From: an uncultured Oscillospiraceae bacterium
GTDB taxonomy: Bacteria > Bacillota > Clostridia > Oscillospirales > Oscillospiraceae
DNA length: 64,000 nucleotides
Reading direction: 5' to 3'
Assembly (NCBI GenBank): GCA_949948775.1
Contig: CATLHC010000002.1
Span: forward strand, 20,211 to 84,210
In this document: positions 26,301 to 36,400 of the stretch, piece by piece
Layout: the number at the start of each line of letters is the position of its first letter
Position numbering within the stretch: the stretch's first letter is position 1
Notes under the pieces: generated by a model
The model's database searches: none
What the model was told of the DNA's origin: nothing
Seen by the model: the letters and a program-made list of their open reading frames with translations, nothing else
Translations under genes and position numbers: made by a program

Positions 26301-27362
26301 TCAGCTCAGGGTCTTCAGATGGCGCAGCAAAACAGTGGAGATGTTATCGCAGGAGGCCTGGATCATCACCGCGCCGATATTTTGGGCTACGCCGGGCATC
26401 CCGTAGACCACGGAGGACTCCTTATCCTGACCGATGGTATAGGCGCCCTTTTTCCGCATAGCCAGCAGACCCACCGCGCCGTCCTGGCCCATGCCGGTCA
26501 TAATGATGCCCACCATTTTGCAGGTGACCACGTCGGCCATGGATTGGAACATGGCGTCCACCGATGGCCGATGGCCGCTGACCTTTTCACCGGGGGTGCA
26601 GTTGACGGTGTACCGGTTGCCGATGCGTACCACCCGGCACTGGAGGTCGGCGGGGGCGATGAGGGCCAGGCCCCGGCGCAGCTCGTCGCCGCTTTGGGCC
26701 TCCTTTACCTCCATGGCACACAGGCGGTTCAGGCGCTCGGCGTACATCTTGGTGAATCCGGGGGGCATGTGCTGGACAATGACCATGGGGGGGATATCGG
26801 CGGGGAGGTACTTCATCACCGCCAGGGTGGCCTCGGTACCGCCGGTGGAGGCGCCCAGACCGATAATGACATGGTCCAGGGCGGGGTTGGCGCCCAGGTT
26901 GGGCGGCTTTCCGGCGGCCAGCGCGCTGCTGGCGGACACCACGGGGGTGGGACGGGGCCGGGCGTTGGAGGCGATGATGACCTTTTGGGCGAGGGCGGCA
27001 ATGAAGGATTCCGTGCTCTGCGGGTCTTCGGGCTTGCGCACAAAATCTACCGCGCCCACGGCCAGGGCGTCAAACACCTTTAAATTCAAGGAGGACACCA
27101 GGATGACCGGGATTGGGTTGGCGGGCAGATATTGCTTCAAAAAATCGATCCCGCTCTGACCCGGCATCTCCACGTCCATGGTGACTACGTCCGGCTTATA
27201 CTGCGGAATCTTGGCCCTGGCATCCAGCGTGTTGATGGCGAAACCCACCACCTCAATTCTGGGGTGGGCGGATAGGCCCCGGATGATCATGCTGCGGGCC
27301 ACCATGGAGTCGTCCACCACCATGACACGGATCTTCTTGTTTGGGGTCACAGGAATTGCCAT
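26301..27362 (-). CDS. cheB: Chemotaxis methylesterase CheB
   Basis: Receiver VVDDS..MDVEMP; GASTGG, VQHMP, HRPSVD, MTGMGQDG, VVYGMP. Confidence 0.97.
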   Translation of the reverse strand: MAIPVTPNKKIRVMVVDDSMVARSMIIRGLSAHPRIEVVGFAINTLDARAKIPQYKPDVVTMDVEMPGQSGIDFLKQYLPANPIPVILVSSLNLKVFDALAVGAVDFVRKPEDPQSTESFIAALAQKVIIASNARPRPTPVVSASSALAAGKPPNLGANPALDHVIIGLGASTGGTEATLAVMKYLPADIPPMVIVQHMPPGFTKMYAERLNRLCAMEVKEAQSGDELRRGLALIAPADLQCRVVRIGNRYTVNCTPGEKVSGHRPSVDAMFQSMADVVTCKMVGIIMTGMGQDGAVGLLAMRKKGAYTIGQDKESSVVYGMPGVAQNIGAVMIQASCDNISTVLLRHLKTLS

Positions 27363-27433
27363 AGCGCGAAATGGCCTCCTCTTTTTAAGATATCGGACCG
27401 ACCAGCGAATGCAGGTCGGTCCGTCTGCATTGA

Positions 27434-28279
27434 CTATTTCTGAAATGTGGATGGAGCCAGCCGGCGATAGGGCATATTGGCGCTGAGGTTCTCCGATTTG
27501 CTGATGAGCAGATAGCCCCCGGGGAGGGTGGCGTCGTAGAACCGGCGGACCAGAGCGTCCTTGGTGGGCTGGTCAAAGTAGATCATTACGTTTCGACAGA
27601 AGATCACGTCGAACTTCCGCCGGAACCGGATGGGATCCATCAGGTTGAAGGGCTGAAAGATCACATTGTCCCGCACCTGCTTGGACACCTGGTATTGGCC
27701 GCCGGACACAGGGGTAAAATACTTTTTCTTCCAGTCCGCCGGAATCGTGTCGGGCAGCTCGTACACGCCCTTTTTTGCGGCGGTCATGGCCCGGTTGGAG
27801 ATGTCGGTGGCCAGCAGCCGGGTGTCCCACTGGCTGGCCTGCTGTCCCAGATAGTCGAAGAGGAACATGGTGATATTATAAGGTTCTTCCCCGGTGGAGC
27901 AGCCCGCGCTCCAGATGGCCAGGGTTTTGTCCTTTTGATGCCGGCGGACAATGTCGGGGATGATCTGCTGGCAGAACAGGTCCAGATGTTCCTTTTCCCG
28001 CATGAAAAAGGTGTAGTTCGTGGTCAGCTTATCCAGCAGCAAGGTGATCAGGTCGTTGTCCTTGGTCTGGAGGACATGGTTGACGAAATCGGTAAAATTG
28101 GTGTAGCCCCGCTGCTTCAGGGGAGTGGACAGCCGGCCGGTGATCAGCTGTCTTTTCTGGGTCAAGTCGATGCCGTAGTTGGACTGAATAAATTTAACCA
28201 GCCGATTGAAGTCGTTGTCTGAAATGGTTAGGGCGGAAAAGGAACTGGAGCCGCCTGCTCCGCTTCCCGCCTTATTCAT
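27434..28279 (-). CDS. cheR: Chemotaxis methyltransferase CheR
   Basis: LTTNYTFFMRE, IWSAGCSTGEEPY, ATDIS, FDVIFCRNVMIYFD. Confidence 0.97.
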   Translation of the reverse strand: MNKAGSGAGGSSSFSALTISDNDFNRLVKFIQSNYGIDLTQKRQLITGRLSTPLKQRGYTNFTDFVNHVLQTKDNDLITLLLDKLTTNYTFFMREKEHLDLFCQQIIPDIVRRHQKDKTLAIWSAGCSTGEEPYNITMFLFDYLGQQASQWDTRLLATDISNRAMTAAKKGVYELPDTIPADWKKKYFTPVSGGQYQVSKQVRDNVIFQPFNLMDPIRFRRKFDVIFCRNVMIYFDQPTKDALVRRFYDATLPGGYLLISKSENLSANMPYRRLAPSTFQK

Positions 28280-28754
28280 TGGGCATCAGCTGTTCACAGT
28301 CCAGCACCATCATGGTGCCGGAGCCGTCGGGCAGAGAGCACATACCGCTCACCAACATCTGGGTGCTGTTGGCGGGCAGGGGATGGATATTGGACTTGGG
28401 TATATCCAGCATCTGGTCCACGGCGTCCACCAGGATGCCCAGCTGGACGTCACCCAGGTTGAGGACCACCACCAGGCTGTCTTCCTCCTGCGGTTCCATG
28501 CCCAGGCGGGCCCGGGCGTCCAAAATGGGAACCATCTGGCCGCGCATGTTGATGATGCCCCGAATGTAGTTGGGCACCATGGGCAGGTAGGTGATGACCT
28601 GGTTATGGAGGATCTCCACCACGTCCTCGGCCACCACCCCCAGCTTCAAATGGCCGGCCATAAAGATGAGGTACTTTTGGGCGTCCACCGCGTCGTCCGC
28701 GGTGTTCAGGGCCACCATCTCGTCCTGGCGGGCGAACATGACTTCGTCGTTCAT
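28272..28754 (-). CDS. cheW: Chemotaxis adaptor CheW
   Basis: LPMVPNYIRGIINMRGQMVPILD..GILVDAV. Confidence 0.95.
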   Translation of the reverse strand: MNDEVMFARQDEMVALNTADDAVDAQKYLIFMAGHLKLGVVAEDVVEILHNQVITYLPMVPNYIRGIINMRGQMVPILDARARLGMEPQEEDSLVVVLNLGDVQLGILVDAVDQMLDIPKSNIHPLPANSTQMLVSGMCSLPDGSGTMMVLDCEQLMPNE

Positions 28755-28771
28755 ATATTCCTCTCTCCTTC

Positions 28772-30889
28772 TCACATGCCCCGGGCGGCGGTGTACAGGC
28801 TGGCCACATCCAGAATGATGCTGATGCTGCCGTCACTGCGCAGGGTGCAGCCGTTGATGCCGTAGTTCTTCACATTGAAGCTGTTCACATAGGCGGGCAG
28901 CTGCTTGACCACCACCTGCTGCTGGCCCAACAGCTCATCCACGAACAGGCAGTAGGAACGGTCTCCGGCCTCCAGCCAGATGAGCACGCCGTCCTCAATA
29001 TTGGTGCAGCCGTCCTGAAGCTGGTAGAGCTCCTTGGCCCGGACGATGGGGTAAAAGCTGCCCTGGCACTTGATGATCTCGCCGCTGCTGGAATCGTGAA
29101 TGACTTCGCTGGAGGACACCTTGATCGTGGACAAAATGTTGTTGATGGGGATGGTGAAGATGGAGCCGCCCACCGAAACCTCCATGGCGTCCATAATGGC
29201 CATGGTCAGGGGGATGCGGATGGTGGTGGTCATGCCCTTGCCCAGCTCGCTGGAGATGGACACGGTACCGCCCAGCTCTTCCACGCTGCGCTTTACCACG
29301 TCCATACCCACGCCGCGCCCGGAGAACTCGGTGACCTCGGTGTTGGTGGAGAAGCCGGGAGCCAACAGGAAGTTGAGGATCTCCTTGTGGCTGTACTCTG
29401 CGTCGGGGGAGGCAATGCCTTGGCGGATGGCCTTGGCCAGCACGGCCTGGTCGTTGACGCCCCGGCCGTCGTCGATGATCTCAATGATGACCTCGCTGCC
29501 GGTGTCCCGGGCGGACAGGATAATCTCGCCCACGGGGTCCTTGCCGGCGGCAATGCGCTCCTCCTGGGTCTCCTCAATGCCGTGGTCCATGGAGTTGCGG
29601 ACCATATGCATAATGGGATCGCCGATGGAGTCCACAATGGTCTTATCCACCTCGGTGTTCTCGCCGATGAGGGTGAGCTTGGCCGGGCGGTTGAGCTTCT
29701 TGGTCATATCGCGCACGATACGGGTCATCTTCTGGAACACGCTGGACACGGGCACCATGCGCAGGGACATGGACACGTCCTGCAGCTCGTCGGTGAGCTT
29801 GCGCAGCTGGCGGGCGGACTTGGAGAAGGCGTCCAGTGCCAGGCCCTTCAGGTCGGGGGAGGAGGTGACCATGGACTCGGTGATGACGATCTCGCCCACC
29901 ACGGCGGACAGCTGGTCCAGCTTGGACAGGTTGACGCTGATGAGCGTCTCCTTGGGGTGCTGCTGCTGGGCAGCGGGGGCCGCAGCGGCGGGCGACGCTG
30001 CGCTGGCGGCGGGGGCGGGCGACGCCGCGGGGGCGGCGGGCGACGCCGCGCTGACGGCGGGGGCTGCGGCGGCGGGGGCGGCGGGCTTCTCCTCCGGCGG
30101 CGCGCAGTCGTAGGGCTGGTAGCCCTGGACGGAACCCACGGTCTTGATGACGCCGATGGCGCTGTCCCGGTCGCCGGTGGTCTTGAACAGCAGATGGAAG
30201 CCGTTCTCCACGATGGACTCGGAGGTGGACGGGTCGTTCTCCACACCCTCGGGGGTGAAGGTGAAGTTCCCCTCGTCCACCACGTCCTTCACGGCGGTGA
30301 CCAGCATGAAGGCCCGCAGGCTCTCCATACCGCAGCCCTCGTCAAAGTTCACCCGCAGCCCGTGGGAGAAGCCGCCGTGGGCGGCGGCCGGCGCGACCGA
30401 CGCAGGGGCGGCGGTCGGCGCGGAAGCGCTCTTTCCCGCCGGGGACGCTGCGCCGGCCGGGGCGGGCTCCGGCGGTTCCTCCCCCTTGATTTTTGCGATC
30501 AAGGTATTAATATTTGCCATGAAGCTGTCGATATTCTTATCAAGAGGTTCGCCCGCTTCCACCTTGTCTACTTCGCCCCGGAAGAAGTCGATAGACTGGA
30601 ACACCACGTCAAACAGCGCCGGACGGTCCTCCTCCGGAACCACGGACATGGTCCCCTCTCGGATGATGAAGAACATGTCCTCAATCCGGTGGGCCACGGT
30701 GGTCAGACTGTCGAACTCCATCATGGCGGAGGAACCCTTGATGGTATGCATGATGCGGAAGATCTCATTTACATTCTCTTGCGAGAAGGTATCCGCCTTT
30801 TCCGCCTCTAGGACGATGGTCTCCAACTGTTCCAAAAGCGTACCGGTCTCGTAGATGTACATATCCAGGATTTCGTTTCCGCTGCCCAT
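28772..30889 (-). CDS. cheA: Chemotaxis histidine kinase CheA
   Basis: IFRIMHTIKGSS (P1), HMVRNSMDHGIE, DDGRG, PGFST..SGRGVGMDVV; ATG at 30889 after GAGGTG. Confidence 0.97.
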   Translation of the reverse strand: MGSGNEILDMYIYETGTLLEQLETIVLEAEKADTFSQENVNEIFRIMHTIKGSSAMMEFDSLTTVAHRIEDMFFIIREGTMSVVPEEDRPALFDVVFQSIDFFRGEVDKVEAGEPLDKNIDSFMANINTLIAKIKGEEPPEPAPAGAASPAGKSASAPTAAPASVAPAAAHGGFSHGLRVNFDEGCGMESLRAFMLVTAVKDVVDEGNFTFTPEGVENDPSTSESIVENGFHLLFKTTGDRDSAIGVIKTVGSVQGYQPYDCAPPEEKPAAPAAAAPAVSAASPAAPAASPAPAASAASPAAAAPAAQQQHPKETLISVNLSKLDQLSAVVGEIVITESMVTSSPDLKGLALDAFSKSARQLRKLTDELQDVSMSLRMVPVSSVFQKMTRIVRDMTKKLNRPAKLTLIGENTEVDKTIVDSIGDPIMHMVRNSMDHGIEETQEERIAAGKDPVGEIILSARDTGSEVIIEIIDDGRGVNDQAVLAKAIRQGIASPDAEYSHKEILNFLLAPGFSTNTEVTEFSGRGVGMDVVKRSVEELGGTVSISSELGKGMTTTIRIPLTMAIMDAMEVSVGGSIFTIPINNILSTIKVSSSEVIHDSSSGEIIKCQGSFYPIVRAKELYQLQDGCTNIEDGVLIWLEAGDRSYCLFVDELLGQQQVVVKQLPAYVNSFNVKNYGINGCTLRSDGSISIILDVASLYTAARGM

Positions 30890-30927
30890 AAAAAGCACCA
30901 CCTCGTAAGTATCTTTTATCTTTACTA

Positions 30928-30955
30928 TTATCGGCAGGGAGCAGCTGAAAATTAA
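30928..30955 (-). promoter_or_regulatory. Sigma-28 promoter of cheA-cheW-cheR-cheB
   Basis: Minus strand TTAATTTT-N12-GCCGATAA. Confidence 0.8.
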
Positions 30956-30991
30956 GTATGTTTTCCAAGTTTTATCGCAGAGGTGTGAAAA

Positions 30992-32413
30992 ATGCCTGAT
31001 CTTTTGGGAGCGACCAACCCGGTACCGGGTCATGACAATACGATAACCAACCGCAATATCCCAATTTCCCCCAATAACTCACAGGTCCAGAACGTCCCCG
31101 ACCTGGACCGGGTGACAAAGACAGACCGCCGCACCGAGCAGCAGGATTCCAGCCAGACCGAGGGGCGGGTGCGGTACGACTCCAACTTTCAGACCTTTAT
31201 CCAGCAGCTGCGCCGGACCCAGGACCTGAGCTCCACCATGTCCAAGCTGATGATGCGGGAGGGCACCTCGGTCTCCTCCGGCATGAGCGAGGGCATCGCC
31301 GAGGAGATGGCCCAGGCCATGGAGATGCTCAAGATGGACCCGTCGGAGCTGCTGAAGTTCCTCTCCGCCCAGATGCGGGCGGGCACGCGGTTCGGCGGGG
31401 CGCTGTTCGCCCTGCTGCGCAACGCCTACGCGCGGGCGGACGCGGAGGGAGTCCGGCAGGACATCCTCAACTTTTTAAAAAGTTACAGCGATTTTTCCTC
31501 CACCGCCCACATTGAGGGCAATCTGGTGCGCAACCTGACCAACATGGCCAACGCCATGCCCGCCAGCTGGGGCGATCAGCTGCGCCAGCTGCTGGCCCAG
31601 CTGGAAAACGGCATCGCCGCCGGGGACCGGCAGGGGAATATCAGCCTGCTGCAGCAGAAGGTGTTCCCCCTCATGTCCGCCTACGTCAGCCAGACCCACG
31701 ATCTGGGCATCCCCCGGGAGCTGCTGACCCTGCTGGCGCTGGACCTGTCCCGCTATGAGAACGGGGCGGAGGATAAATTGATTGAAACGTTCCATCAACT
31801 GGCCGGGTACGGCACTTTAAAAGGGACGCTGGGGGGCATCGACGGACAGTCCCTGATGCAGCTGCTGCAAAACAGCCAGTTCGCGAAAAACACCGCCGCC
31901 GCCCAGTTTGCCGACCACCTGGCCGCCGCCGCCGCCCGGGCCCTGCGGGGGGAGGGCAGCGCCGAGGTGCAGGACGTGTTCCGCAACCTGGTGCGCGCCA
32001 TGCTGGTGAACGAGAGCGTGTACATGCCCCTCAACCACTTTCTGATCCCCATGGAGATGGATGATAGGATGCTCTTCTCCGAGCTGTGGGTGGACCCCGA
32101 CGCCGAGGAGAAGAACGAGCGGGGTCAGAACGAGAAGTGCATGAAGTTCCTGTTCAAGCTGGACGTGCAGGGCCTGGGTTTCTTCGACGTGGTCCTCTCC
32201 GCCAAGGAGCGGGACGTGGGCATTGTGGTGTCCTGCCCCGAGGGGGTGGCCCCCTTTTCCAAGGAGATCGAGCAGAACATCACCAAGATCCTCACCCGCA
32301 ACGACCTGCGGCCCGCCGCGGTCAGCGTGCGGAAGATGGAGCGCCCGGTGACGCTCACCGAGGTGTTCCCCAAAATTTTTGAAGGGAAGAACAGTGTCAA
32401 TGTCAAAGTATGA
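30992..32413 (+). CDS. FliK-like C-terminal domain protein (YlqG-like)
   Basis: C-terminal ELWVDPD..FLFKLDVQGLGFFDVVL FliK_C-like segment; overlaps an FlhB-C-like gene, a typical pairing. Confidence 0.65.
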   Translation: MPDLLGATNPVPGHDNTITNRNIPISPNNSQVQNVPDLDRVTKTDRRTEQQDSSQTEGRVRYDSNFQTFIQQLRRTQDLSSTMSKLMMREGTSVSSGMSEGIAEEMAQAMEMLKMDPSELLKFLSAQMRAGTRFGGALFALLRNAYARADAEGVRQDILNFLKSYSDFSSTAHIEGNLVRNLTNMANAMPASWGDQLRQLLAQLENGIAAGDRQGNISLLQQKVFPLMSAYVSQTHDLGIPRELLTLLALDLSRYENGAEDKLIETFHQLAGYGTLKGTLGGIDGQSLMQLLQNSQFAKNTAAAQFADHLAAAAARALRGEGSAEVQDVFRNLVRAMLVNESVYMPLNHFLIPMEMDDRMLFSELWVDPDAEEKNERGQNEKCMKFLFKLDVQGLGFFDVVLSAKERDVGIVVSCPEGVAPFSKEIEQNITKILTRNDLRPAAVSVRKMERPVTLTEVFPKIFEGKNSVNVKV

Positions 32414-32744
32414 CGGCAGGCGCAACCCGTCCAAGAAGGCGGTGGCCCTTCAATACGAGGCGGGGGACAGCGCGCCGGTGATCGTGGCCTCCGGCATGGG
32501 CTATATGGCCGAGAAAATCGTGGAGGTGGCCGCCGACAGCGGCGTGCCCGTTTATGAGGACAACTCCCTGGCCACCATCCTCACCCAGCTGAAGTTGGGA
32601 CAGGAGGTGCCCGAGGAGCTGTACAAGGCCATCGTGGAGATCTATGTGTATTTCCTGCATTTCGACCCCAACCGGGTCAAGGAGGGCTCCGCGCCCAAGG
32701 CCGCGGGGAACCATGAGCAGACACAGGCGGAACAGGAGGAGTGA
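32400..32744 (+). CDS. FlhB C-terminus-like protein (EscU/YscU family, FlhX/YlqH type)
   Basis: KKAVALQYE..APVIVASGMGYMAEKIVEVA..VPVYED..L..L..GQEVPEELYKAIVEI. Confidence 0.92.
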   Translation: MSKYDGRRNPSKKAVALQYEAGDSAPVIVASGMGYMAEKIVEVAADSGVPVYEDNSLATILTQLKLGQEVPEELYKAIVEIYVYFLHFDPNRVKEGSAPKAAGNHEQTQAEQEE

Positions 32745-32746
32745 GG

Positions 32747-33349
32747 ATGGAGCAGACTATTTATCTGCTGCTGGACAGCAAGGGCGCCGCCGTCGCCCGG
32801 GGCAGAATTCAGGGAAGGACCGACGGCCCGTTTTGGCAGATTCAGGTGGAGGACGGCAAGATCGACGACGTGCTGACCCATAAGAAGCTGAAACTGCTGT
32901 CTATTATGGATGCGGGTCCCTCCTACGAGGGAACCATTGTGCGCAGCCGCAACGATATGATCCAGCTGGAGGTCTCCAGGCTGGAGCGGGACGGCGGAGA
33001 TATGCGCAAAAACCTGCGGGTGCCGGTCCGCTTCAAGAGCTTTATTTATTCGATCACCGGCGGCTGGCGGGGCAGGCGGGAGATCACGTCCAACGATCTG
33101 AGCTGCGGCGGCATCGCCTTTTTCACGGAGCACTCCCTCCAGGTGGGGGAGCAGCTGGAGGTGGTGGTGCCCGTCACCACCGAGCCGCTGGTGGTGCGCT
33201 GCCAGGTGCTGCGCATGCGCCCCACGGAGGACGCGGCCATCCCCATTATGTACGCCGCCAAGTTTGTGGAGCTTTGCAACGACGAGGAGACGCTGCTGCG
33301 GGAGGCGGTGTTCAACCTCCAGCTGCGGGGAAGGCCGAAAACAAGCTGA
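32747..33349 (+). CDS. PilZ-domain c-di-GMP receptor
   Basis: RKNLR (RxxxR) and NDLSCGG (D/NxSxxG) motifs. Confidence 0.88.
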   Translation: MEQTIYLLLDSKGAAVARGRIQGRTDGPFWQIQVEDGKIDDVLTHKKLKLLSIMDAGPSYEGTIVRSRNDMIQLEVSRLERDGGDMRKNLRVPVRFKSFIYSITGGWRGRREITSNDLSCGGIAFFTEHSLQVGEQLEVVVPVTTEPLVVRCQVLRMRPTEDAAIPIMYAAKFVELCNDEETLLREAVFNLQLRGRPKTS

Positions 33350-33449
33350 GCGCCACGCTTAGTTCAATATAAACATGCAAGTACCAAGCACAATGGACAG
33401 ACGCGGCCGGGCTCTGTGTCCGCCGCGCCGGAAAGGAACGGTCACATTC

Positions 33450-36400
33450 ATGAGCAAGCATCCATCCAACGACACCAAACGAAACCTGCTGCGCCGGGGG
33501 CTGGCGGGCGTCCTGACCCTGGCGCTGCTTTTGAGCCTGCTCCCCGGCACACTCGTCACCGCCCACGCGGCCAGCTGGGCCGACCCCTATGTGGAGACCC
33601 TGGTGGAATGGGGCGTCATGCGCGGCGATGTGGGCGGTAATATGGCCCCCGACCGGAGCATCACCCGGGCGGAGTTCGTCACCATGATGAACCGCGCCTA
33701 CGGCTATACCAAGCTGGGCAGCATGCCCTTCACCGATGTGCGTGTCCGCGACTGGTATTACGAGGACATCAATATCGGGTATAATATCGGCTATTTCCAG
33801 GGCACCTCGCCCACCACCGCCGAACCCAACTCCTCCCTCACCCGGGAGCAGGCTGCGGTGCTGCTGGCCCGGAACATGGCGCTCCAGGAGACCGTGGGCG
33901 AGACCCTGGGCTTCTCCGACACCCGCACCCTCAGCGACTGGAGCCGGGGCCTGGTGGGCGCCGCTGCGGAGAACGGCATCATCAGCGGCTATGAGGACGG
34001 CTCCTTCCGTCCCGCCGCCAACATCACCCGGGGCGAGGTGGCCGCCATGCTGGTGCGCGCCATCGGCACCCCCATCCAGGAGGCGGGCGACCACTCTCTG
34101 GGCAACGTATACGGCAACGTCACGGTGAACACCTCCGGCGTCAAGCTGCGTGACGGCGTCATCGTGGGCAACCTGTACCTCACCGGCGGCATCGACCTGG
34201 GCGACATCCTGCTGGAGAACATCACCGTGCTGGGCGAAATCATCGTCAGCGGCGGCGGCGAGAGCAACTCCAGCCAGAGCAGCATCATCATGCGCAACGT
34301 GGTGGCCGACAACATGGTGGTGGACAGCATCGGCGACCAGTTTATCACCATCCGCGCCGAGGGCAACACCGACATCCCCACCACCACCGTGCGCACCAGC
34401 GCCTATGTGGACGACTCCTCCCTGCCCGGCTACGGCCTGAGCTTCATCACCCTGGACGGCGAGAACGGCGCGCTGTACCAGCTGGCGGGCAATATCAAGG
34501 AGGTCCTCAACAAGACCCCCGGCTCCAGCCTCCAGGTGGTCCAGGGCACCGCCGATAAGGTCACCGTGGACGAGTACGCCACCGGCTCCTCCGTGCTGGT
34601 GGACGGCGACGCCGTGGTGGGCGAGCTGGACCTGGACGTGGCCACCAACGTCACCGGCACCGGCGACATCAAGAACCTGAATGTGGGCGCCGCCGGCTCC
34701 ACCGTGGAGCAGCTGCCCGACAAGATCGACATCCGTCCGGGCATCGACGCCGACATCAACGGCGGCAGCATGAACAGCAGCCAGGCCGCCGAGTCCTCCT
34801 CCGATCCCAAGCTGCTGGCGGGCTACCCGGCGGTGAAGAACATCGCGCCCACCTCCGCCACCCTGGTGTTCCAGACCAACAAGTCCGGCACCATCTACTG
34901 GGCCGTGTCCGTCGTGGCCGACGGCTCGGTCAGCGAGGCCGACCTGCTGGAGCCCCCCTCCTACGGCAATAAGATCGTGGCCTCCGGCAACCTCCGGGCC
35001 GCCTCCGCCAACACCGACTACACGGCCGCGGTGGCCAGGCTCACCTCCGGCGGCTCCTACTACGTCACCGCCATGCTGGTGGACGGGCGGGACCAGCACA
35101 GCCCCATCAAGGTCACCTCCTTCACCACGCCGGACAACACCGTCCCGGCCTTTGCCGCGGGCTATCCCGTCATGTCTAAAGTGACCTGCGACGAGGCCCA
35201 GGTCACGGTCATGACCACCAAGAGCTGCCTGCTCTACTACGCGCTGCTGCCCGCCGGCGCCGCCGCGCCCACGCCCAATGAGTTCAAAGCCGCTGCCGTT
35301 CCCGGTAATTTGGGCTATGGCAGCATGAGCGTGACCAAAAACGTCACCATTCCCTTCCCCGTCAACAGCAGGAGGCTGGACGAAAAGACCAACTATGTGC
35401 TCTACCTGTGGCTCACCGACCATGACGGGGCGCAGAGCGCCCGGAGCGTGACCGCCCTGCGCTTCACCACGCCGGACGAGACGCCGCCGGTGGTTACGGA
35501 CATTATTCAGACCGGTGAGACTGCCAGCTCCATCCGGGCGGAATACACCATCGACGAGCCCGCCAATCTGATCTGGGCCATCGTCACCGAGGCCGAGCAT
35601 CTGTCCAAGAAGTTCCTTCAGTGGGACGATGAAACCTTTAACAACCCCAACGACGAGGAGCACTCCATCCTGCAGTTCGATGACGAGGCGTCGCTCCTGG
35701 CCGCCAAGGTCAAGATGCAGAGCGGCACGGGCGCTCTGCAGAAGGGCGAGCAGCGTACCTCTCCGCTGAACATCAATAACCTGCTGACCCAGAACACCCA
35801 TACCTCGTCCTACGTGCTGTACTACATGGCGCACGACCATGCCACCGCCACCGGCAACCTGTCCACCCAGATCAAGGCCGTGCGGGTGTACACCGTGGAT
35901 GAGGTTAACCCCACCGCGAAGCTGCGCTTCACCAATCCCGACAATACGCAGGTCGATGAGGACCCCCAGCTCACCGCCGACATCAGCATCATCTTCTCCG
36001 AGAACGTCAGGGGCGGCACAAAGAAGGGCGAGAACGTATTTCTGAGCCTGTACCGCGACATGGAGAAGTTCAGGGAGGAGTGGCAGAAGGACGACCCCAA
36101 CAGCACGACCTCGCAGCAGTACCAGAACTATGAAAGCGCTAGAAGCAAGCTGGCCACGGCGCTGGCCACCTATATCACCATGTACAGCGGGACTCCCTCC
36201 GGGGCGCACACCGAGATAAAGCGGTGCGATGACAAAAACAGCCCCATCACCGACAAGAACACCGCCGCCGGCACCTGGATCGACTGGCGCTGCGCCGTGG
36301 TGGAGCCGCTGGACGACGGCAGCGTGGAGGTCCGCCTGCCCGGCCCGAAGGTCAACGACGACGGCACCTACGATTACAGCGAGAGCGGCGTGAAGCTGGA

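Noticed and set aside
30890-31033. N-terminal extension of the CheA ORF overlapping the FliK-like gene
   Set aside because: RBS and sigma-28 promoter place the start at 30889
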